DNA from: an uncultured Verrucomicrobiae bacterium | GTDB lineage: Bacteria > Verrucomicrobiota > Verrucomicrobiia > Chthoniobacterales > JAFAMB01 | Assembly: GCA_963762565.1 (NCBI GenBank) | Contig: CAVXLD010000001.1 | Span: 512,001 to 576,000, forward strand | Direction of reading: 5' to 3' | Length of the DNA: 64,000 bases | Shown here: one piece after another, positions 57,152 to 64,000 of the stretch | Layout: the number at the start of each line of letters is the position of its first letter | How positions within the stretch are numbered: position 1 is the first letter of the stretch | Made by a program: the position numbers and the translations under genes | The notes under the pieces: model-generated | Told to the model about the DNA's origin: nothing | Database searches by the model: none | The model's input: only the letters and a program-made list of their open reading frames with translations

Positions 57152-58597
57152 ATGCTTGATCACTTTATTGGCGGCCAATGGATAAGTGGCCAAGGCCAAT
57201 CCTTTTCTTCGACTGACCCGGCAACCGCAAAAGAAGTTTTTAAAACCAGGAACGCCAATTCTTCTGAAGTGGCCGCAGCTTTCGAGTCAGCCAAAGCGGC
57301 GTTCCAAAGTTGGGCTGAATGTTCCCCGGAACAACGCTTCGAGGTTGCTCGTAAATTCGCGATTATCGTTGAGAGCCGGCGACAGGAGTTTGTAGCCGCT
57401 ATCTCTGGCGAGACTGGGAAACCGCTCTGGGAGACGAATCAAGAGGTGGATACAGTCATCAAAAAGGTCGACATCAGCATCTCGGCTTACGACAAGCGAA
57501 CCGGTTATCACGACCAGCAGACAGGCCAGGTGCGCTCAGTCTTATTGCACGCGCCGCACGGTATCGTCGCCATTCTTGGTCCGTTTAATTTCCCCGCGCA
57601 TCTGCCGAATGGGCATATCGTTCCGGCGCTAATTGCCGGTAATTGCGCTGTGTTCAAGCCAAGCGAACTAACTCCGTTAAGCGGAGCCCTGATGGCAGAC
57701 TGCTGGCGGGAAGCCGGTCTTCCGCCAGGTTGTCTGAACCTTCTGCAAGGCAATCGCTCCACCGCGGAGATCATCCTCACGCGATCGGAACTCCGCGGCG
57801 TTTTTTTTACGGGAAGCGCGGCCACTGGTGTCGCCATTCATGAGCGGTTCGCAGGGCGGCCGGAGGTAATTCTGGCTCTCGAAATGGGCGGTAATAACCC
57901 GATGGTTGTTCTGGACACGAATGACGCAGTCGTGGCCGCGCGGATAGTTGCTGTCTCGGCATTTATCAGCGCCGGTCAACGTTGTACCTGTACCCGGCGA
58001 TTGATCTTGGTCGGTGAAGAGATCTTGCCCGAGCTCATTCGCGTCACCGAAACGATCCGCGTGGGCGCTCCCAATGATCTTCCAGAGCCGTTCTTAGGGC
58101 CCGTCATCAATTCCCCGGCTGCCAACAAAGTCCTAAATGCGCAGAAAGAACTAGTAGCGACCGGAGCGAAAATCCTAGTCGAATGCCAACCGGCTAAGAA
58201 CGGAATCCCTTTTCTGAAGCCTGGCATCCTGGATGTAACCGCAGTCAGCAACCCACCAGATGACGAGATTTTTGGACCCCTGATTCAGCTGATCCGCAGA
58301 GCGGATTTTGAAACTGCGATCACTGCGGCGAACCGGACTCGCTTCGGCCTCGCGGCGGGTTTGATCGGCGGCACGGAAAAAGATTTCGAAATTTTTCGGC
58401 GCCGTGTCCGAGCGGGTATTATTAATTGGAACCGGCCGACCACCGGAGCCAGCAGTGCTGCGCCTTTCGGCGGTATCGGCCTATCCGGCAACCATCGCCC
58501 CAGCGCGTTTTATGCCGCTGACTATTGCGCCTATCCAGTTGCGACCTTGCAGAGCCAAGAGCCAGGCGCCGTCGAGTATCCAGGGCTGATGGATTAA
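57152..58597 (+). CDS. astD: Succinylglutamate-semialdehyde dehydrogenase-like aldehyde dehydrogenase
   Basis: GPFNFPAHLPNGHIVPAL, FKPSELTP, ALEMGGNNP, SAGQRCTC, SGNHRPSAFYAADYCAYP. Confidence 0.88.
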   Translation: MLDHFIGGQWISGQGQSFSSTDPATAKEVFKTRNANSSEVAAAFESAKAAFQSWAECSPEQRFEVARKFAIIVESRRQEFVAAISGETGKPLWETNQEVDTVIKKVDISISAYDKRTGYHDQQTGQVRSVLLHAPHGIVAILGPFNFPAHLPNGHIVPALIAGNCAVFKPSELTPLSGALMADCWREAGLPPGCLNLLQGNRSTAEIILTRSELRGVFFTGSAATGVAIHERFAGRPEVILALEMGGNNPMVVLDTNDAVVAARIVAVSAFISAGQRCTCTRRLILVGEEILPELIRVTETIRVGAPNDLPEPFLGPVINSPAANKVLNAQKELVATGAKILVECQPAKNGIPFLKPGILDVTAVSNPPDDEIFGPLIQLIRRADFETAITAANRTRFGLAAGLIGGTEKDFEIFRRRVRAGIINWNRPTTGASSAAPFGGIGLSGNHRPSAFYAADYCAYPVATLQSQEPGAVEYPGLMD

Positions 58598-58791
58598 GCC
58601 TGGAGAGGAGCCGCTTTGTAGTATGGCAGCTCTGCAGGATGGAGGGGAGCCGCTTTATAGGTCTCTAGCTCTATCGGTTGGCAGCAAGCGGCTCCCGGGA
58701 ACGTTTCCTGGTGTCACCATAGCGCAGCGCGTATTCCGGACCCGCTTACGAGCCGGGCCCGGGCGGGCTGATCATCTAACCGACAGGATTG

Positions 58792-59166
58792 CTACCCAGC
58801 TACATACGAACAAAACCAAATCTTGTTTCCTTCGGTGTCCAAAAAGCTGCCGACGGCATGCGTCCGGTCGTAAATCTCAACCGGATCAGAGATAACGACG
58901 CCGCGGGAACGTAATGCTTTTTCGGTTTCACGAGCATCATCAGTTTCGACCGTGATACGCGGATTTGGATTTTGCACCGGGGGCTGGTCCCAGCCCGCTT
59001 TTAGCATCAAGATGGTCTCACCAACTAAGTAGCCGACCTGCTCCTTCTCTTCATACGCGGGCGGCAGACCCAAGGTCTCAGCATAGAATTTATTCGCACG
59101 GTCAGAATCAAGCACAGAGACAGCAACGACTCTTACCCGGTGAAATTGAAGCGGTTTTGCAGTCAT
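58792..59166 (-). CDS. VOC/glyoxalase-family protein
   Basis: VSVLDSDRANKFYAETLG, FLDTEGN; GGAG SD. Confidence 0.85.
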   Translation of the reverse strand: MTAKPLQFHRVRVVAVSVLDSDRANKFYAETLGLPPAYEEKEQVGYLVGETILMLKAGWDQPPVQNPNPRITVETDDARETEKALRSRGVVISDPVEIYDRTHAVGSFLDTEGNKIWFCSYVAG

Positions 59167-59187
59167 GTTGTTCTCCAAGGTTTGCGG

Positions 59188-60564
59188 TCAGTTTGGTTTT
59201 ATGTTCTGATTAACGCGGAAGAAGTTGGTGGGATCGTATTTTTGCTTAATTTCCACTAGTCGATCGTAATTTCCCCGATAGGTGGCTTTGATCCGCTCAA
59301 TTCCTTCGTCCATCATAAAGTTTACGTACGCGCCGCCGAGCGTGTAAGGATGCACGGCCTCCCAATATCCCTTGGCCCACTTGGTGACCTCCCCCGCTTT
59401 AGCCGGGTCTGGATCGATACCGGCGATGACCATAGACCATGTCGCGTTCCGAAAACCCCAGGCTGTGTCATTTTGCCCTACGTCGTGAACGGCGCCGTCG
59501 ATAGGGTACAGATGCGTCAACGAAAGCTCGCTCGGAGCCTTCGCGGCCCATTCCAAATGCACGTCAATGGCTTTGTCGGTAAGTTCCTTTACGAAGTCAC
59601 CTTTCCAGTACCACTGAAGGCCCGTAGGCAGCAGTGGGTCGAACAGGCCCTGCAGAGCCGGGAAAGGCATTGGCCCCATCCAGTCAAGGATTGGTGTTGG
59701 CAGCTCTCGGCGAATCGGTTTGACCACCTCTTCTGCTTGGGCCGGTGGTCCGCTGTAGCAGGAGATCAAGGCACAGATTTTCTTTCCCCAAAGTTCCTTG
59801 GGAAAGGGATCCGTGGAGGGCACCGTCTTCAGCCCCAGAAACGCGCCCAGCTCTAAAGGCGCTTTCGGCAGGAACTGCCGGTACCATTGCATCACGGTCC
59901 GCGCGTCCTTTATATCCCAAAAAATCGGTCCGGCGTAAACCATGCTTACAGGATGAGCCCGGAAAACAAAGCTCGTTACAATGCCAAAATTACCACCACC
60001 ACCGCGTAGGGCCCAGAAGAGATCCTCATGGTCCGACGCATTGACGGTCGTAAAACTCCCGTCAGCCAGCAAGACATCGGCCTCGATGAGGTTGTCAATG
60101 GTCAGGCCGTATTTCCGAGTCAGATAGCCAGTCCCGCCGCCCAAGGTGAGACCTGCAATGCCAGTCGTCGAGACGATACCTGCCGGCACTGCCAACCCAA
60201 ACGCATGAGTGGCGTGATCAACGTCGCCTTGCGTGCAACCGGGTTCCACCCTGACGGTGCGGGTCGCGGGATCGACGCGGACCCCTTTCATCGGGGAGAG
60301 GTCAATGACAAGTCCTTGATCACAAACTCCCAATCCGGCACCGTTATGGCCTCCACCGCGTATCGCGACCGTTAACGCATTCTCTCGAGCAAATCCGACG
60401 GCGGTTCTTACATCCGCGATGTTGGCGCACCGGACGATCATATCCGGATGACGATCAATCATGGCATTATAGACTTTACGAGCAGTCTCGTATTCCGGGC
60501 TGGTAGGCGTGATAACGCTTCCCCGTATTGCGGCGGTTAACGCCGTAATTTTCTCTTCTTGCAT
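59188..60564 (-). CDS. FAD-binding oxidoreductase (BBE-like)
   Basis: RGGGHN, TGIAGLTLGGG, DLFWALRGGGGNFGIVT, YVNF, KYDPTNFF. Confidence 0.93.
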   Translation of the reverse strand: MQEEKITALTAAIRGSVITPTSPEYETARKVYNAMIDRHPDMIVRCANIADVRTAVGFARENALTVAIRGGGHNGAGLGVCDQGLVIDLSPMKGVRVDPATRTVRVEPGCTQGDVDHATHAFGLAVPAGIVSTTGIAGLTLGGGTGYLTRKYGLTIDNLIEADVLLADGSFTTVNASDHEDLFWALRGGGGNFGIVTSFVFRAHPVSMVYAGPIFWDIKDARTVMQWYRQFLPKAPLELGAFLGLKTVPSTDPFPKELWGKKICALISCYSGPPAQAEEVVKPIRRELPTPILDWMGPMPFPALQGLFDPLLPTGLQWYWKGDFVKELTDKAIDVHLEWAAKAPSELSLTHLYPIDGAVHDVGQNDTAWGFRNATWSMVIAGIDPDPAKAGEVTKWAKGYWEAVHPYTLGGAYVNFMMDEGIERIKATYRGNYDRLVEIKQKYDPTNFFRVNQNIKPN

Positions 60565-60738
60565 GGATTCAACAGGTAGGAGGTGGACCTTGGCCCCTCA
60601 CCGGTGACAGCCGATTCAGGGCCTCTTAAGAGTTACTAAGGTTTCTCGGAGTGAAAGTTCTGTGGAAAATGGAATCACCTTTCCCACTCTCTCGCCTTCC
60701 CAATTCGGATAAACATTGTAAAATGCAATGTTCGATAA

Positions 60739-61518
60739 GTGGCGCAGGTGAAACCTAAGGACAGCTCCGTTACTGGTGACGCTCGTGAATTCCGAACGAC
60801 GCGTTGGAGCGAAGTTTTACTCTCTGCTGAGAGCCAGGCGCCCGGCTCAAAACAAGCGCTGGCAGATCTATGCCGGCTCTATTGGTATCCCCTATATGCG
60901 TACGTCCGCCGACGAGGTTATACGCCGGAGGATGCTCAAGATCTGACGCAGGGTTTCTTTCTTAGCTTGCTGGATCGAAGAGCCCTTCGCCAAGCCACCC
61001 CTCTCAGAGGAAAATTCCGTTCCTTCCTCTTGAGCTCGCTAAAAAACTATCTGTCCGATCAATTGGACCGGGAGCGCACCCTGAAGCGAGGACGAGAGAT
61101 CCGATTTGAGCATTTCGATTTCGAAAGCGGGGAAGGAAGGTATCAGTCCGAGCTGGCCGATCCTTTGACACCGGAAAAGATATTCGATGCACGCTGGGCA
61201 ATGACACTTCTGGCGGAGGTTCTTCGTTTACTCAGGACGGAATACGCAGCTCTCGGAAAAACTTCGATCATCGAAACGCTTGAACCTTACCTAGACCCGG
61301 CTAACAGCCGGAAATTACCAACCTACGAAGAAGCCGCTGCAAAACTCCAGCTGAGTGTCGGAGCGGTCAAATCCCTCATCCACCGGCTACGCAGACGGCA
61401 TCATACCATTTTGCGCGAAGAGGTCAGCCGGACAGTAACCAGCCCAGCTTCAGTGGACGAAGAGCTGCGCTCTCTATGCGATGCCTTTATCGCAGCCGAG
61501 GGCCATATCGCTTCGTGA
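60739..61518 (+). CDS. ECF sigma factor of the kinase-associated Planctomycete/Verrucomicrobia type
   Basis: FRTTRWS, YWYPLYAYVRRRG, DAQDLTQGFF, GKFRSFL, YEEAA.KL..SVGAVKSLIHRLRRR. Confidence 0.88.
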   Translation: MAQVKPKDSSVTGDAREFRTTRWSEVLLSAESQAPGSKQALADLCRLYWYPLYAYVRRRGYTPEDAQDLTQGFFLSLLDRRALRQATPLRGKFRSFLLSSLKNYLSDQLDRERTLKRGREIRFEHFDFESGEGRYQSELADPLTPEKIFDARWAMTLLAEVLRLLRTEYAALGKTSIIETLEPYLDPANSRKLPTYEEAAAKLQLSVGAVKSLIHRLRRRHHTILREEVSRTVTSPASVDEELRSLCDAFIAAEGHIAS

Positions 61519-64000
61519 AAGCGCAAGGCCAACGCATTTGTTCAGTCTGCGGAGGTTTGGTTCCCGCAGAGAGCGACCTCTGCCCAGTCTGTCTGTTACG
61601 AGACGCCATCGAGGATGGGATCCAGGGTGGCGATACAGAGTTTGACCCGATCGACCTGCTTGTTGATCGCCGCCTTGATCATTACGAAATCCTGCTTCGC
61701 GAAGATGGAAAACCTCTCGAACTGGGTCGTGGCGCCATGGGTGTTACCTACAAGGCAATCGATGTAAATCTTCGGTGCCCTGTCGCCCTTAAGGTGATTG
61801 GCGCCCGATTCATCGGGGACCAGGCCGCCTGCCAGCGGTTTGTTCAAGAGGCTCGAGCGGCAGCTAGCGTCCGCCACCCAAACGTTGCTTCTGTATTTCA
61901 TCTCGGAACGCTCCAGGAAAACTACTTCTACGCGATGGAATTTGTCGCGGGCGAGTCTCTGGAAATGTTGCTCCGGCGTTTCGAACATCTGAAAGTCGCG
62001 GACGCGCTTAGCATCTTAGCTTACGTGGCTGGCGGGTTGGATGGGATTTGGAAACAGAACTTGATCCATCGAGACATCAAGCCCGCCAATATCATGGTGA
62101 CCACGGAACGCGATCAGATCGTCAATGCGAAGATCATTGACCTTGGCTTAGCTAAAAGTGGAGTTGAAGCCGGCGCCGGTTCGGAGGTCTCTGCAGTGGG
62201 AACATTTGCCGGGACCGTCGAGTACGCCAGCCCGGAACAATTCGCTGGCTTGAGCGGGGACATTCGTTCTGACCTCTATTCGCTGGGAATTACCTTTTGG
62301 GAAATGCTGACCGGAGAACCCCCGTTCTCCGGTACCCCTAGTGAGCTGATGTACTGCCATCAGAGAAAATCCTTGCCGATCGACAAGCTCGTTGGCTTAC
62401 CCCACCCCATAGTCGCTTTACTTGAAGTTCTTTTGGCAAAAGACCCCGCAGAACGTGTCCAAAACCCGAGCCAACTCCTGCGAGTAATACCGAGCGTAGT
62501 AGAAGCCATTGGTTCTGGCAAAAAACTGCCAGCGCACACGCTACGGTCTTCATCCTTCGATCCGATTCACTCGCAAACTCAGCCGGTCGATAAAAATAAA
62601 AAGCCCAGACTAAAAGCAGCTCCAAAAGGTAGATGGCCGGTTCCACTAATCGCGGCTGCGCTATTGCTGACTGGGCTGCTGTGGCTTTTGGGATCTCGCA
62701 CCAATCTTTTGAATGCGCCAAGCAGCTCAATTAGCCGCTCGGATCGGAGCATAGCGGTGCTCCCATTCGATAGTCGTGATGCCAACCAGGAAGAGAGTTA
62801 TTTCGCCAACGGTATACAAGAAGAAATCTTGAACGATTTAGCCAGAGTTGCGCAGCTGAAGGTCATCAGCCCAAGATCGGTTATGCAATATCGGGCGGAA
62901 GCAAAACGAGATGTACGCCAGATCGCGCAAGCATTGGGAGTCAGCAACGTTCTTGAGGGAACCGTTCAGAGAAATGGTGATAAAATCGGAGTAACAGCCG
63001 AGCTGATCGATGCTACTAACGGCCGCACGATCTGGGCTGACTCTTACAACCGTGATCAAACCGATATTTTTGCTATTCAGAGTGAAATAGCTCGGGCGAT
63101 CGTTGGTAAATTAAATGCCAGCCTCTCACCGGAGGAGGAGCAGAGGATCGCTGCCAAACCAACCGATAGCATCAAGGCGTACGATCTCTATCTTAAAGCG
63201 AAGCTGATTGTCGATCAGGCTGTCATTAATTGGGATACAGGCGCTTTAGAAAAACCTTTGCGTGACGCGATTAACCTCCTGGAGAAGGCGGTCGACCTAG
63301 ATCCGAATTTTGCTTTGGCCTACTGCACTTCCGCTATCGCACACGACTTCATTTATCTCCTATACGAGCATACCCCAGAGCGACGCGCTTTGGCAGATGC
63401 CGCCCTGAACAAAGCTTTACGGCTGCGTCGCGACTTACCAGAAGTTCACTTGACCTACGCGAAACACCTTCATTGGGCTTACGGCAATTATGAAGCCGCA
63501 AGACTACAATTGGCGATTGCCAAGCAAGGTCTACCTAACGATTCCGGGGTCTCCGCTCTGGAAGCGGATATTGATCGGCACGAAGGTAAATTCGATAAAT
63601 CAATCCAGGAATTTAACGACGCACTCACCCGAGACCCGCTCAATGAGAATTTGATCTCGAATCTCGCCCTTTGCTATGGGTACGTGCGCCAATACCATGC
63701 TTCAGCGCAGCTGTTTCATCGACTGGCGGAGCTCGCTCCGGACCTGTCGATGGTCGATGTCCAAAAAGCGGTCGTTGTGGACTTCAACGAAAGAGGCGAT
63801 ACCAGTGCAGTCGAATCCGCGATCGCCCAGCTTCCCCGATCGCAGGCGGACGATAGAGAAACGCTTTCGTTGCAACTGGCCATCGCCATTACTCGCGAGG
63901 AGTGGCAGAAGGCCAACCAATTGATAGAACGGCTAGGAGGAGACGACGAAGGCGAATTCGGTTATGGGAGTGTGCCGGTTCCAGTCGGCTGCTACTCAAT
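61515..64000 (+). CDS. Ser/Thr kinase with N-terminal CxxC...CxxC, TM, TolB-like and TPR-like regions; 3'-truncated by window edge
   Basis: Absent from the ORF track (no stop). GTG overlaps the ECF stop (GTGA). Hand translation gives ICSVCGG..LCPVCLL, ELGRGAMGVTYKA, HRDIKPAN, DLG, YASPEQ, SIAVLPF, LKVIS, LDPNFALAY; frame spot-checked, not read at every codon. Confidence 0.88.
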   Translation, partial: MKAQGQRICSVCGGLVPAESDLCPVCLLRDAIEDGIQGGDTEFDPIDLLVDRRLDHYEILLREDGKPLELGRGAMGVTYKAIDVNLRCPVALKVIGARFIGDQAACQRFVQEARAAASVRHPNVASVFHLGTLQENYFYAMEFVAGESLEMLLRRFEHLKVADALSILAYVAGGLDGIWKQNLIHRDIKPANIMVTTERDQIVNAKIIDLGLAKSGVEAGAGSEVSAVGTFAGTVEYASPEQFAGLSGDIRSDLYSLGITFWEMLTGEPPFSGTPSELMYCHQRKSLPIDKLVGLPHPIVALLEVLLAKDPAERVQNPSQLLRVIPSVVEAIGSGKKLPAHTLRSSSFDPIHSQTQPVDKNKKPRLKAAPKGRWPVPLIAAALLLTGLLWLLGSRTNLLNAPSSSISRSDRSIAVLPFDSRDANQEESYFANGIQEEILNDLARVAQLKVISPRSVMQYRAEAKRDVRQIAQALGVSNVLEGTVQRNGDKIGVTAELIDATNGRTIWADSYNRDQTDIFAIQSEIARAIVGKLNASLSPEEEQRIAAKPTDSIKAYDLYLKAKLIVDQAVINWDTGALEKPLRDAINLLEKAVDLDPNFALAYCTSAIAHDFIYLLYEHTPERRALADAALNKALRLRRDLPEVHLTYAKHLHWAYGNYEAARLQLAIAKQGLPNDSGVSALEADIDRHEGKFDKSIQEFNDALTRDPLNENLISNLALCYGYVRQYHASAQLFHRLAELAPDLSMVDVQKAVVVDFNERGDTSAVESAIAQLPRSQADDRETLSLQLAIAITREEWQKANQLIERLGGDDEGEFGYGSVPVPVGCYS

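Noticed and set aside
61596..63924. Short ORFs listed in the last 2.4 kb
   Set aside because: Shadows of the long plus-strand kinase ORF that runs off the window

Overview
Chromosomal window with no phage, rRNA or CRISPR-Cas features. Gene content and the Ser/Thr kinase family suggest a soil-type Verrucomicrobiota (Chthoniobacterales-like) genome; this is an inference and was not checked. It carries about 45 CDS: nadC, fabD, mntR, a KS plus non-catalytic KS pair, iscS, prpBCD, a ytfQRT-yjfF-like sugar ABC transporter, aguBA, dapF, an lptF-like gene, gcvP/gcvTH, trpD, secG, an astD-like gene, two Ser/Thr kinases, an ECF sigma factor and others. It also has tRNA-Ser(TGA) and one deletion pseudogene. 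The most striking feature is non-coding: nearly every intergenic gap holds long, often nested inverted repeats (REP-like palindromes, inverted 6-9-mer arrays), and several hairpin bases fall exactly on a stop codon and the next start or stop codon. Top leads: (1) a HUH/Y1 (RAYT-like) transposase with a DnaA-like HTH tail, bounded by perfect 15-bp terminal inverted repeats and followed by a 43-44-bp REP tandem array; (2) stop-to-start bridging hairpins; (3) symmetric 60-nt insertions in both arms of a REP doublet; (4) a DapF with both catalytic Cys replaced by Ser; (5) a KS/CLF-like pair, a kinase-pseudokinase receptor, a nucleotidyltransferase plus small-protein pair, and an ECF-kinase module. 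All product calls come from reading motifs by eye; no searches were run.
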